Sequence record: NC_105825.1
Origin: Escherichia phage ECOP18
DNA length: 64,000 nucleotides
Direction: 5' to 3' (one strand)
In this document: in pieces, positions 1-9,157 of the stretch
Layout: every line of letters begins with the position of its first letter
Position numbering within the stretch: the first letter of the stretch is position 1
Program-made: the position numbers and the translations under genes
The notes under the pieces: model-generated
Databases searched by the model: none
Told to the model about the DNA's origin: nothing
What the model saw: the letters and a program-made list of their open reading frames with translations, nothing else

Positions 1-43
1 GGTTAGTCTTTTCTTCTTTTTTATTAGTCATAGCGATCCTTGA

Positions 44-796
44 TTATCCAACTAGTGGTTCTAGCTCTAAGTCACAGAAGTTATAAACTTCTAGTTTAAG
101 GTTATTGATACCATCGAATTTATTAACTAATTCGTGAGTAATATATTTTGCAGGAATACCACTTTCAGATGGATGATCTGATTTAATAGTGAACTTCTGC
201 TCAGCGGGTACTACATTTACTATCAAAGAATCCATATCTAAATGGTTTGTTTCTCTGAGTAACTCTCCTTCATTGGGGAATCTAACATCTGTTATTACGG
301 CGACATCTGGGTCGTCTTTAAAGATGGATTGCTCCAGAATTATGAGCCAAATGCGTTCATGCACCAGCTGCCTTCCTAGCTCTGTCCCTACGAGCTGTAA
401 CATTTTTCTCGGAGAAATAAATAAACTATAAAGTCCGTCTTCTTTATTCTCTGAGATAAGTTGTTGAGGATTAAGATATTTTTCCTCAAAAATAGGCCAA
501 ACGTACGAGAAGTCTTCAAACTTATCGATACCGTACTTAAACCACACATCTCTGGCTCGCTCCAATTGAGATTGTGTGACCGTAAACCATTGGTCAATCT
601 CTTTTCCTCTGCGCTCTCCTAGAAACTCTGGAGTTACACCGAGGATTACGGATGCAAGTTCATAAACAGGCTTAGCAAAACTATAACGACGGGATAAACA
701 CGTTGGATACGTGTCATTACACCAATCGATAATTAATTTTGCAACGGTATCTTTTCCCGAACCAGCTTCACCATGTAAACCAACTAATACTGACAT
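44..796 (-). CDS. dnk: deoxynucleoside monophosphate kinase
   Basis: N-terminal P-loop GEAGSGKDT; size and position as in T5-like early region. Confidence 0.6.
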   Translation of the reverse strand: MSVLVGLHGEAGSGKDTVAKLIIDWCNDTYPTCLSRRYSFAKPVYELASVILGVTPEFLGERRGKEIDQWFTVTQSQLERARDVWFKYGIDKFEDFSYVWPIFEEKYLNPQQLISENKEDGLYSLFISPRKMLQLVGTELGRQLVHERIWLIILEQSIFKDDPDVAVITDVRFPNEGELLRETNHLDMDSLIVNVVPAEQKFTIKSDHPSESGIPAKYITHELVNKFDGINNLKLEVYNFCDLELEPLVG

Positions 797-1149
797 TAAT
801 CTTTCCTATTGTTAATTGGTGGATAGTAAACTAAGCAACGTTTTTCTTGTAAATCTTGGCGATAGAAGCAAACCATACCAGTCAGTCGTGAGATATATGA
901 ATATTCTGCCTCGCGGCATTTTGCCAACATATTCCAATCTTTATATGGTACAACAACTACTACGCCATCTTCGCCATTTGTAGCTAATTTCTTTTCGAAT
1001 TTGAAATCAAAGCTACAAGGCTGAAGTCCTTTAGGCCAGTCTACATGAGCTTGCTTTAACTCATGAGATGACTCTGGTTTTATTTCTTCTGCACAGCCTG
1101 TGATTGTGATTGCGGCTGCGAGCAGTATTCCAAGTTTCCAGTTAAACAC
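796..1149 (-). CDS. lipoprotein, possible o-spanin
   Basis: Signal peptide with lipobox LAAAITITGC; start lies inside 3' end of upstream TM/coiled-coil gene in another frame. Confidence 0.4.
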   Translation of the reverse strand: MFNWKLGILLAAAITITGCAEEIKPESSHELKQAHVDWPKGLQPCSFDFKFEKKLATNGEDGVVVVVPYKDWNMLAKCREAEYSYISRLTGMVCFYRQDLQEKRCLVYYPPINNRKD

Positions 1150-1529
1150 GCTAATCTTTCCTCGAACTCTTTACTCTGCTTTTTAGCAATTAATGTTACC
1201 AATCCAGGCTTTGCAGCTATAATATCTTGGCGACTAAGAGCTTTATCTAACTGCTTAATCTTTTTGTCTAGATCTGCTTGCGAAATATTATTCATTGTGA
1301 AATACTGATTCATTCTAGTCTCACGAAGTTCACTTTCAGCTTTCACCTTATTAAGGGAAGCCTCTAGAGAAGAAATCTTTTTAGTAGCTACCGCAAGATC
1401 TCCCGCTAAAGTCTCCACTTTATCTACTAAGTGATAAGCACCGAATCCGATGCCTATCGCTAGACCTGCTCCCAGGATATACCACTTACCGTGCCATATT
1501 CCTGAAAGAAGTTTTTGTATCAAATCCAT
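1080..1529 (-). CDS. possible i-spanin (N-terminal TM anchor, coiled coil)
   Basis: N-terminal hydrophobic segment WYILGAGLAIGIGFGAY then charged helical region; overlaps lipoprotein gene. Confidence 0.4.
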   Translation of the reverse strand: MDLIQKLLSGIWHGKWYILGAGLAIGIGFGAYHLVDKVETLAGDLAVATKKISSLEASLNKVKAESELRETRMNQYFTMNNISQADLDKKIKQLDKALSRQDIIAAKPGLVTLIAKKQSKEFEERLACLTGNLEYCSQPQSQSQAVQKK

Positions 1530-2184
1530 GCGCTGCTAACCTGTCTTTATCTGATACTTTAATCATATCAGGCTCACCAGTTCCTAGTACACCGAAGATA
1601 TACTGTTCGAGAACTTGGTGTAAACGGTATAAGTTACTTTCAATTTCCTGCCACGGAATACCGGACTGATGGAAACGAATGTTAGTCTGAATTACGAAGT
1701 TACGAACATCATCGTTATCGTTCTTCTTAATACCTTTCACATATGCAATTGGTACACGCAGTTCGGATAAGATGCGTTCTGCTTTAGGTTTTGCTTCAGC
1801 GAGCAAATCACGCATTGTTTCACGAACATCTCCGAGACTCTTATCCATTAAGTAAGAGCGAGCATGTAATCCCATCTCTTCCATTTTATCGAACATAGAG
1901 TCGAGGTTGAACGTTTTGAAGCTAAATGCTGGATGCCAGCAGTATAGCTCGTGTAACCAGTAAACTTCACCTGCAACAAATAGTGGGTTTACAAAATATT
2001 CGAAATCACCACGGAAAGATAGCGAACCATCACGAAATACCTGGCGACTATGCACGATGTTCTTTTCTGCATCATCAGTTACTTTAACCAGTAACTCTTC
2101 AGTTTTACGCTCCCAAACACGATCTGGGTCGAACAAACTGTTCTGCAAATCATACACATCGGCGAACTTAGAAATAATCCTCAT
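1486..2184 (-). CDS. hypothetical protein
   Basis: 232-aa ORF, leftward gene block. Confidence 0.5.
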   Translation of the reverse strand: MRIISKFADVYDLQNSLFDPDRVWERKTEELLVKVTDDAEKNIVHSRQVFRDGSLSFRGDFEYFVNPLFVAGEVYWLHELYCWHPAFSFKTFNLDSMFDKMEEMGLHARSYLMDKSLGDVRETMRDLLAEAKPKAERILSELRVPIAYVKGIKKNDNDDVRNFVIQTNIRFHQSGIPWQEIESNLYRLHQVLEQYIFGVLGTGEPDMIKVSDKDRLAAHGFDTKTSFRNMAR

Positions 2185-2254
2185 ATTTAATCCTCTTGCC
2201 TCAATCTATAAACATATTATACAAAAGTTTGGGCATCTAAGCAACTAAAATTTT

Positions 2255-2294
2255 ATTATAAAAATAGCCCAGTCGCAAAAGTGCAGGCTGGGCT
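2255..2294 (-). terminator. rho-independent terminator
   Basis: GC hairpin AGCCCAG/CTGGGCT followed by T-run on minus strand. Confidence 0.5.
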
Positions 2295-2338
2295 TTGTCA
2301 TTATTTGCTTTTGCTAGTAAGCTGACTTAGTGTCAATC

Positions 2339-2719
2339 TTATGTAATATTAGTTTTTCTAGCTTTGTGCAGTACCCCTGCATTTCTCCATAACTTAATAT
2401 CATCTACTGTTTCTTTATAAGGAGCTATGGTAAAACCTAGTGGGCCAGCACTAAATAATCCTAAGAATCCTATTGCACGCATATAGAATAAGCATTCTTC
2501 GCCTGTCATTCCTTCAACTGCTTTTCTTTGTTTTTCGTTTTCAAACTCGTGCTCCTTGTTGTCTATACGAAGGTGTTTAATGAACCATTCAGCAGAATAT
2601 TCATCTAAGTGTCTAAGTATAGCTACTGCATACCCAGCGCCGATTAAAAACCAAGTGGTAACAAGAATTAGTACTATAGTCATATAATCTCCAGTTAAGG
2701 TCAGCGACCAACTCACCAC
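2339..2719 (-). CDS. hypothetical membrane protein
   Basis: ORF with hydrophobic N-terminal segment; terminator hairpin downstream. Confidence 0.5.
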   Translation of the reverse strand: MVSWSLTLTGDYMTIVLILVTTWFLIGAGYAVAILRHLDEYSAEWFIKHLRIDNKEHEFENEKQRKAVEGMTGEECLFYMRAIGFLGLFSAGPLGFTIAPYKETVDDIKLWRNAGVLHKARKTNIT

Positions 2720-2793
2720 TTACCGCACTAAGGGGCACGACTCCCTTATCCGTAACAGTTGCAGGTGACGCAACTCGGTCCTACGCGAGTTCT

Positions 2794-3078
2794 TTAGGTA
2801 TTCTGCATTTCAGCTTTAAATTTTTTCATATTACGAGTCTTTCTATAAAAGAAAAACACATATGTTGGGCCTAGAAGAATATCCACAATAAATATCATAG
2901 ATCTAGCACATCTGAGTAATGTTTTATCATCAAGAGGAGGCAGATCTAACGGTCGAGTTTTATGTATAACGTATAATATTACATCTTTATTCTTAGAAAT
3001 ATACAGATCATCAACCAAGCTGTAAATAGCTACTATAGACCCAATGACGAACCAAAGAGCAAATGGAGAAATAATCAT
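2794..3078 (-). CDS. hypothetical membrane protein
   Basis: 94-aa ORF, two hydrophobic segments. Confidence 0.45.
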   Translation of the reverse strand: MIISPFALWFVIGSIVAIYSLVDDLYISKNKDVILYVIHKTRPLDLPPLDDKTLLRCARSMIFIVDILLGPTYVFFFYRKTRNMKKFKAEMQNT

Positions 3079-3371
3079 TTCAGATCCTTTTCATTAATTA
3101 GAATATTAGTAAACAGTGGAGTAACCCCTAGACTCATAGTAGGTCCAAACGTATTCATGGCTACCCACAATTGCATAGTGATCATCCCATCTTTAATCTC
3201 CGGATCTTTATATTCTTCGATACGTTTTTTGGCAAAGGCAACTACATCTGGAATACTACCGTTCTTTACAACATGATCATGCCAAAACTGAGCGTTTTCA
3301 CTTCGTAGGAATGTTAAAACATCCTTAGTTGCTGGAATCTGCACTGTGCTATTGATGTTTAGTCTTTTCAC
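3075..3371 (-). CDS. hypothetical protein
   Basis: ORF start overlaps upstream stop (coupled). Confidence 0.5.
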   Translation of the reverse strand: MKRLNINSTVQIPATKDVLTFLRSENAQFWHDHVVKNGSIPDVVAFAKKRIEEYKDPEIKDGMITMQLWVAMNTFGPTMSLGVTPLFTNILINEKDLK

Positions 3372-3768
3372 GTTCTTCTCTCCGACGTTTAGATTCTTTC
3401 ATCATATGAGCTGCTACAACTTCGTGGTAGTAGTCATTAATGTTATCTTCTGGCAAGAAATGCTTAATAGTCTCTAGCTGACAAATAACTCGATGAAGAT
3501 GGCTATTTGGTAGACATAATTTCATCCCCGCAACAAATCCAGAGAAGCCTGGAACACTGAACATAGGTTGGGCTTCTACTCTACCTTCAGAGTTGATATT
3601 AAGCTCAATTGAGATACCCATTTTCATGCTGTAAAGCTGGCAGTACTCCCCATTACCAGACCTTGACCAAATAGTGAAGTCCTCATCAATTTGATCTTGG
3701 ATTTCTGTAATTGCAAATTTAATTCTAGGGTCTAAATTATTCATCTTCACCTTCAAAGTCGCAATCAT
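3349..3768 (-). CDS. hypothetical protein
   Basis: 139-aa ORF. Confidence 0.5.
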   Translation of the reverse strand: MIATLKVKMNNLDPRIKFAITEIQDQIDEDFTIWSRSGNGEYCQLYSMKMGISIELNINSEGRVEAQPMFSVPGFSGFVAGMKLCLPNSHLHRVICQLETIKHFLPEDNINDYYHEVVAAHMMKESKRRREEREKTKHQ

Positions 3769-4042
3769 AACGACAAGTAAAAGAATCAGAACTATTAGTA
3801 CGTTGAGTGGTTATTTCACCGCGTTTGCTAATAGTAACGGCTGGAGTAGAGAAGTTTTTATTAGTATATATTTCTACTTTACCATTACGTTCCTTAACAT
3901 CACGAACTTTACCATACTCGGTAATAATGCCGTTCTGTTGGACTTTAACATTACCATTTTTCATAGAAACTTTGGTAGATGCCAGAGAACCGAAACTAAC
4001 TGCGGAGATCATCAGTGCAATAATAAACTTATTCATCTTCAT
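3737..4042 (-). CDS. hypothetical secreted protein
   Basis: Start moved to internal MKMNKF (signal peptide FIIALMISAVSFGSLAS) to avoid overlap with upstream gene. Confidence 0.45.
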   Translation of the reverse strand: MKMNKFIIALMISAVSFGSLASTKVSMKNGNVKVQQNGIITEYGKVRDVKERNGKVEIYTNKNFSTPAVTISKRGEITTQRTNSSDSFTCRYDCDFEGEDE

Positions 4043-4310
4043 CCTCCCCACTACAATCACGACATACATCATAATCGTTGAAAGAACGTTCGTGAGCTTC
4101 ACACCACCAAGAACAAGAATCGCAGAGAAACATTTCGGTTTTCTCCAGTGCTTGACCTAAAAGATCATCAGCTTCCTCAGCAGTAATCTTCAATCCGCAC
4201 ACATCTGCCACACGTTCTTTAATTAAACGACCTGCTTCATGGTAGGACATACAGGTTCCCGCAACATCATGTTCAAGAACATGAATGGCACAGTCTAGGC
4301 GATTTTTCAT
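4029..4310 (-). CDS. hypothetical Cys-rich protein
   Basis: ORF downstream of consensus early promoter; several Cys pairs. Confidence 0.5.
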   Translation of the reverse strand: MKNRLDCAIHVLEHDVAGTCMSYHEAGRLIKERVADVCGLKITAEEADDLLGQALEKTEMFLCDSCSWWCEAHERSFNDYDVCRDCSGEDEDE

Positions 4311-4340
4311 TTCAAACCTCTCTCATCAATTTATAAACAT

Positions 4341-4369
4341 ATTATAGCAAGAAAAGAGAGGTTTAGCAA
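4341..4369 (-). promoter_or_regulatory. sigma70-type early promoter (TTGCTA-N17-TATAAT on the minus strand)
   Basis: Exact -10, near-consensus -35, A/T-rich upstream block. Confidence 0.6.
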
Positions 4370-4386
4370 ATGAATTATTTCAGAAT

Positions 4387-4734
4387 TTAGTCATAGCACC
4401 ACCATAACCCACGCTTACGCATGTCATGATCGCGATTATAATCATAATTTTCTGGATCTTTCATCACGCGGTGGAGTTCTTGACGATTCCCTTGACGAAC
4501 CATTTTATTAGAATGCCACTTAACATTCTTACTAATAGAATTCCAGTTATAACCATCCTTTTTCTCATTACGAATGGTTGCTTCCTTCATTTCTTTCTTG
4601 ATGTCGTCCCAGGATTTGGCATAAATAACACGAATCCAGTAGCCATTTTCTTTGAAGAAAGAATATTCTTGAGAAAAGTGTTCTTTAGACTTCCACCACT
4701 GATCACCAGATTGTTTACGATAAGTACGGCTCAT
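4387..4734 (-). CDS. hypothetical protein
   Basis: 115-aa ORF. Confidence 0.5.
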   Translation of the reverse strand: MSRTYRKQSGDQWWKSKEHFSQEYSFFKENGYWIRVIYAKSWDDIKKEMKEATIRNEKKDGYNWNSISKNVKWHSNKMVRQGNRQELHRVMKDPENYDYNRDHDMRKRGLWWCYD

Positions 4735-4805
4735 ATTACCTCCATTAAGTCTTTTAAATTAACCTAATGTGGATGAATTTTATTATACATAGATTATTTA
4801 CCTAT

Positions 4806-4844
4806 ATACAGAAAAACCCCAGACTACTTATTCAATAGCTGGGG
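4806..4844 (-). terminator. rho-independent terminator
   Basis: Hairpin CCCCAG/CTGGGG, T-run (TTTTTCTG) on minus strand. Confidence 0.55.
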
Positions 4845-4855
4845 TTTGTTATTAA

Positions 4856-5170
4856 TTACAGATCGGGGCGTTCATCTTCGAAACAGCCTGAGCTGATTCC
4901 TTCTCCGAATCCTACAAAGCCATCAAATTCATCATTTGAGATGCCCATAATCATCGCTTCCATTTTCCTGATCTCCGAGGTTTTCATGCCTGCTTTACTA
5001 TTCTTATAGTACTTGCGAGGGTTCCCGCACATCCAACAAGAACAGATGCAAGGAGTAGTAGTGATAATACCTAACCGCTTAGGGCTTTCTTCATGTGGAA
5101 AGACTGTCCAGTACTTCTTGCGGTTGTTCTTCACACGTTGCCGGTGATGGCGTCTTAATGCTCGATCCAC
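4856..5170 (-). CDS. hypothetical protein
   Basis: 104-aa ORF; terminator hairpin downstream. Confidence 0.5.
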   Translation of the reverse strand: MDRALRRHHRQRVKNNRKKYWTVFPHEESPKRLGIITTTPCICSCWMCGNPRKYYKNSKAGMKTSEIRKMEAMIMGISNDEFDGFVGFGEGISSGCFEDERPDL

Positions 5171-5251
5171 ACATTTCTCCTAAAACTTGGGAGATAAACG
5201 GAGTTTGCTCGACTACCTTACGTAGTTCGTAGAAACCGTACCCAAACCCCA

Positions 5252-5620
5252 TTACATCGCCTGAGTAAATGTACGACTAATAACATCGTTCTGCTGTTCA
5301 CGCGTCAGTGCGTTAAAACGTACAGCATAGCCAGAGACACGGATGGTCAACTGAGGATATTTTTCAGGATGTTTCTGCGCATCCAAAAGCTGATCACAGC
5401 TTAACACATTGACATTTAGGTGCTGACCACCTTCGATTTGAGGGGCGACTTCCACTTTGACTTCACGGAAGGCTTCGGGATCGAATTGTGGTGTGATACC
5501 TTCTAGATCTTCAACTAGAACTTTCTGTTTAAGTTCACCGTTGTCGGAGTATAGCTGAATAATCTGATTTTCATGAACAAGGTTAATTACGCCAGATTTA
5601 AGATTTTGATATGCTTTCAT
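5252..5620 (-). CDS. grcA: autonomous glycyl radical cofactor (GrcA/YfiD-like)
   Basis: C-terminal half nearly collinear with E. coli GrcA as recalled: [42 protein letters not shown]. Confidence 0.75.
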   Translation of the reverse strand: MKAYQNLKSGVINLVHENQIIQLYSDNGELKQKVLVEDLEGITPQFDPEAFREVKVEVAPQIEGGQHLNVNVLSCDQLLDAQKHPEKYPQLTIRVSGYAVRFNALTREQQNDVISRTFTQAM

Positions 5621-5662
5621 TAGATCTCCCCGATGTTAGAATTTGGCTCAGCTATTTATTCT

Positions 5663-5857
5663 TTATACTTTTCCATAGTATACGGAAACTGTCTTACCAG
5701 TTTGGTTCATGACATATGCTACTTCATCTTCTTTTAAAAAGATGGCTTGGTCTACTCCAACTATAGCCAATCTTTTATTTCTAGGATTAAAGCTTACACT
5801 TTTGCCTGTATGAATCTGTTCCCCATTCTTGGCTGACATTATTTTAATTGTTAACAT
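5663..5857 (-). CDS. hypothetical protein
   Basis: 64-aa ORF. Confidence 0.4.
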   Translation of the reverse strand: MLTIKIMSAKNGEQIHTGKSVSFNPRNKRLAIVGVDQAIFLKEDEVAYVMNQTGKTVSVYYGKV

Positions 5858-5904
5858 AGCTGCTCCTAAAGTTAGCTATCTCTAGCTCTTTTAATGGTAG
5901 TTAG

Positions 5905-5980
5905 TAGTGGATTTGAACCACTGTAGTCGCTCCGTATGAAGGAGGTGCATAACCACTCTGCCAACTAACTAGTTAATTCT
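5905..5980 (-). tRNA. tRNA-Met (anticodon CAT)
   Basis: Hand fold: CCA encoded, 7-bp acceptor, T-arm, anticodon loop TTCATAC. Confidence 0.7.
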
Positions 5981-6137
5981 TTATAGGTTAGATCTAGAAG
6001 ATCTTTCTTACTGATAAGTCCTTCTCTATATTGGTCAATAAACATATCTATTCTAGAGTTCTCTGAGACTTCTATATCAGAAAGTTCAGCAAATATTTTT
6101 GCAAGTTTATCAATATCTTCCATACATAACCTTAATT

Positions 6138-6214
6138 TGGTACTCCGGGAGGGATTTAAACCCCCGATCTCTCGGTTATCAGCCGAGTGCTTTAGATCGC
6201 TAAGCTACCGAAGC
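6138..6214 (-). tRNA. tRNA-Ile (GAT)
   Basis: Anticodon arm CTCGG/CCGAG with loop CTGATAA. Confidence 0.7.
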
Positions 6215-6215
6215 A

Positions 6216-6422
6216 TTAACATTTTACAGCAGAACGTTTGCCATTTCTAGGTGCACCTGGAAGTCGTGCACGTTCTGCCATTCTTCTCTTAATCTTTGAG
6301 ATATTTTCTAGTGTTTGTTCCTCCGGCTTAATACCTGAAACACTACACCACTGATTACCATCCCATGCGGTAATGATCATAACACCATTACTCATGATCT
6401 TTTCTGTAAAAGTAATCCTCAT
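6216..6422 (-). CDS. hypothetical protein
   Basis: Start trimmed to ATG overlapping upstream stop (TAATG). Confidence 0.4.
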   Translation of the reverse strand: MRITFTEKIMSNGVMIITAWDGNQWCSVSGIKPEEQTLENISKIKRRMAERARLPGAPRNGKRSAVKC

Positions 6423-6715
6423 TATAGCAACTCGTCTAAGCAAGAGGTATATTTAAGTTTACCATCTTTATCTACTTTGATTTCGACTTCCGCTCGTGGT
6501 ACTTGATGAACTACACCATGAATCATCTTATAGCGAATGCCTTTAGCTGGTTCATGCTCTTTTGGAAATACTTGCTTAACCGTTACTACCTTAAAACCCT
6601 CACGCGGTGTTAACACTACTACTTGATCACCTTCTTTGATCTTCCAAGAGCCAGGAAATTCATAGGTATAGCGTTGACCACCAGTTTGGAACACAACAGA
6701 AAGATAACGTTTCAT
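6422..6715 (-). CDS. hypothetical protein
   Basis: 97-aa ORF behind consensus early promoter. Confidence 0.5.
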   Translation of the reverse strand: MKRYLSVVFQTGGQRYTYEFPGSWKIKEGDQVVVLTPREGFKVVTVKQVFPKEHEPAKGIRYKMIHGVVHQVPRAEVEIKVDKDGKLKYTSCLDELL

Positions 6716-6745
6716 TTGGCTTCCCTCTCATTAATTTATATAAAT

Positions 6746-6774
6746 ATTATAACAATAAATAAGAGAGAAAGCAA
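6746..6774 (-). promoter_or_regulatory. sigma70-type early promoter (TTGCTT-N17-TATAAT)
   Basis: Same architecture upstream of gene 6422-6715. Confidence 0.6.
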
Positions 6775-6782
6775 ATGAATTT

Positions 6783-6950
6783 TTAATAAAGTTTAGTCAC
6801 TTCATAAACTATACTACGAGATTCTTTATTACGTTCTATTAAATTAGAATATGCTTTTTCAGCTTCATTTTTAGTATTAAAGTCTATAACGTGGGAGGTA
6901 TTCGCTCTATTTGATTGACTATACCAGATAACTACTAATAATTTAAACAT
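6783..6950 (-). CDS. hypothetical protein
   Basis: ORF trimmed to internal Met so it does not overlap tRNA at 6965. Confidence 0.35.
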   Translation of the reverse strand: MFKLLVVIWYSQSNRANTSHVIDFNTKNEAEKAYSNLIERNKESRSIVYEVTKLY

Positions 6951-6964
6951 AATAGTCCTTAAGT

Positions 6965-7051
6965 TGGTGCTGGGCACAGGATTCGAACCTGTAACGGGAT
7001 TACTCCTCCTGATTACAAATCAGGTGCATTCAACCATTCTGCCGACCCAGC
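6965..7051 (-). tRNA. long-variable-arm tRNA, anticodon reads TGT
   Basis: Perfect T-arm and anticodon stem CCTGA/TCAGG; 15-nt variable region; 87 nt. Confidence 0.5.
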
Positions 7052-7216
7052 AGAACCCGTTATTTCAACGGGATTTCTTTTTCAATAATAGGAGACTTAT
7101 CAGTCATAACCGCCATTGCCATTTGTTGTAGAAATTCAAAGGTGAAGGCTACACGTTCTTCACCAATCTCTACTTCTACACGTTTCTTTTGTTTATCGAT
7201 CTTGACTTTTAGGTTA

Positions 7217-7468
7217 TCAGCCATTAGAGAGTACAGTACTGGTAGTTGGCAATACTACAGATGAAGCAACAGTGTTTAAATGCTTTCTCCAGTCTAGGTT
7301 AAATTGTTTTCGAAACTCTTCATAAGGTTCTTCTGGATAAAAGCTAAAACCTCCTTTCTCATCATTCAGGATAACAGAGCCGTCAGTTTGTTCGTATGCT
7401 CGGTATGTTTCTCCAATAACAATAACTCGTTTTTCGGTACTTTTATTACGAAACTCAAAAACGTGCAT
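7217..7468 (-). CDS. hypothetical protein
   Basis: 83-aa ORF between tRNA genes. Confidence 0.45.
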   Translation of the reverse strand: MHVFEFRNKSTEKRVIVIGETYRAYEQTDGSVILNDEKGGFSFYPEEPYEEFRKQFNLDWRKHLNTVASSVVLPTTSTVLSNG

Positions 7469-7484
7469 AATGTTTCCTTAAAGT

Positions 7485-7560
7485 TGGAGCGGCTAGAGGG
7501 AATCGAACCCTACTCAGCGAGGCTTGGAAGGCCTGCGGCACAACCCGTGTGCTTAACCGC
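7485..7560 (-). tRNA. tRNA-Gly (TCC)
   Basis: Anticodon loop CTTCCAA. Confidence 0.65.
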
Positions 7561-7568
7561 TTATTGTT

Positions 7569-7644
7569 TGGCTGGAGAAGGAGGAATCGAACCTACCATT
7601 AACGGAGTCAAAGGCCGTTGTGCTAACCGTTACACTACTCTCCA
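7569..7644 (-). tRNA. tRNA-Gln (TTG)
   Basis: Anticodon loop CTTTGAC. Confidence 0.6.
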
Positions 7645-7650
7645 ATTATT

Positions 7651-7726
7651 TGGCTGGGATGCCACGGATCGAACGTGGAACCTTCGGAGTCAGAGGCCGA
7701 CGATCTGCCAATTGATCTACATCCCA
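7651..7726 (-). tRNA. tRNA-Gln (CTG)
   Basis: Perfect T-stem and acceptor stem; anticodon loop CTCTGAC. Confidence 0.65.
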
Positions 7727-7738
7727 ATAATTTTTATT

Positions 7739-7933
7739 CTACGGAAAAATTGTTGTTGGCTCAGATTCTTCCAAACGTTTGCCTTCATGATCAACACGAA
7801 TAACGCCGCATCCTTCGCAAATCACAACTGCACCATAACCTTCTTTGACCTCAGCTTCTGTAATCAAACCAGAAAGATCACCAGTATCTTTACCCCACAT
7901 ATCAATGGAGCATTGTTTGCAGAAATCAGCCAT
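7739..7933 (-). CDS. hypothetical zinc-ribbon-like protein
   Basis: CxxC ... CxxC spacing (CKQC, CEGC). Confidence 0.45.
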   Translation of the reverse strand: MADFCKQCSIDMWGKDTGDLSGLITEAEVKEGYGAVVICEGCGVIRVDHEGKRLEESEPTTIFP

Positions 7934-7958
7934 ATTTTATTTCCTATTTAAGTTAATT

Positions 7959-8035
7959 TGGGGTGGCTAGTGAAATTCGAATCCACATAGGCCTGATTCA
8001 CAATCAGGATCATTAACCAATTATGATATAGCCAC
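7959..8035 (-). tRNA. tRNA-His (GTG)
   Basis: Perfect acceptor and anticodon stems; loop TTGTGAA. Confidence 0.75.
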
Positions 8036-8401
8036 AATTGAAAACTCGCAGGGTTAGCGAAACCTTCCTCAATTAGCATGTTCTAGAATACTAATCAAGT
8101 TATCTCCTATTGCACGCAGCTCAAGACGAGTACGAATTTTCAATTGTGGCGGCTCTCAGAAACTCTTCTACTCTAGTCTTAGCAGCTTACTCCCGAACGC
8201 ATGTCGGGGAAGTCTTACTAAGCGCATCAAATAGCACCGTTACACTTTGAGCCATTGGTGTATTAAGAAGCAGAAGGACTTGAACCTTCACGAGATAGAC
8301 CATTTATCTCAGCCGCTTTATGAGGTATGTTGCAGGGAGTGGATGTTCCCTATAAACCTTTTAGGCAGCCCCGTCTACCGATTCCGGCATACTTCAGGAT
8401 T

Positions 8402-8496
8402 TGGAGGTAGGTAAGGGGATCGAACCCTTACACCGTATCACTACGATCAACCGATTTCAAGTCGGAGTCCAGCGCCAGCCATTGGATTGACCTACC
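8402..8496 (-). tRNA. tRNA-Ser (TGA)
   Basis: Type II, 95 nt; anticodon loop CTTGAAA. Confidence 0.7.
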
Positions 8497-8508
8497 ATAT
8501 AAATTGTT

Positions 8509-8599
8509 TGGCGGAAGAGGAGAGATTTGAACTCTCAAGCCGTTTTACCAGTCAGCCACTTTCCAAGCGGTTTTCGTCACCAATTCGATTTGCTCTTCC
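8509..8599 (-). tRNA. long-variable-arm tRNA, anticodon unresolved (possibly Ser GGA)
   Basis: Perfect acceptor stem and T-arm; D-loop AATTGGTGA; anticodon arm non-canonical by hand. Confidence 0.5.
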
Positions 8600-8711
8600 A
8601 ATAACAAGATGATGCCTCTATCACACCAGGCAGTTACGCCTCGCTGGGATTCGAACCCATTAAAACAGCTCAACCGAGATAGTAGGTTTAATTTACTCTG
8701 ACCATCAAATT

Positions 8712-8788
8712 TGGTGCGTGACAAGGGATTCGAACCCTCAAAACCCGACTTCTAAGGACGGTATGTATGCCAATTCCATCAATCACGC
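8712..8788 (-). tRNA. tRNA, anticodon reads TAG
   Basis: Acceptor and T-arm present; anticodon loop CTTAGAA; short variable arm. Confidence 0.5.
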
Positions 8789-8793
8789 GTATT

Positions 8794-8872
8794 TGGTGGA
8801 GAATAACGGAATCGAACCGTTCTGATGTCCTCGGTGCAAGCGAGGTGTCCACTCCATGCAGACCCATTCCCC
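8794..8872 (-). tRNA. tRNA-Ala (TGC)
   Basis: G3-U70 pair; perfect anticodon stem CCTCG/CGAGG, loop CTTGCAC. Confidence 0.7.
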
Positions 8873-9110
8873 AAATTATTTAGTTTACTAAGGCTATTAG
8901 CTCGGCGTAACTACAGCACCTTCGCTTCGAGCGGAAGGAACCGCGTCATCTCGCAAACCCGATACACTATTCAGTTGCCACTGAATCTAGTGGACTAATC
9001 TAGAACTTCTCCCGAATCGTAGGGATCGTGCTTTTTGGCAGCCAGTCCTAGGTCGAACTAATACCTTAGTGAACTATGATGAGGATTTCTCCTCATCAAT
9101 TTATATAAAT

Positions 9111-9139
9111 ATTATAACAAGAAATTAAGCATTAAGCAA
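9111..9139 (-). promoter_or_regulatory. sigma70-type early promoter reading into the tRNA cluster
   Basis: TTGCTT-N17-TATAAT; no ORF immediately downstream. Confidence 0.55.
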
Positions 9140-9157
9140 CTGCGTTTTTCTTGAAAT

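Noticed and set aside
7304-7951. 215-aa plus-strand ORF
   Set aside because: Runs straight through several minus-strand tRNA genes; low-complexity artefact.
8266-8289. Possible tRNA using the T-arm hairpin at 8273-8289
   Set aside because: No sequence within 150 nt can pair with the adjacent 3' acceptor strand, even allowing G-U pairs; left as an orphan hairpin in findings.
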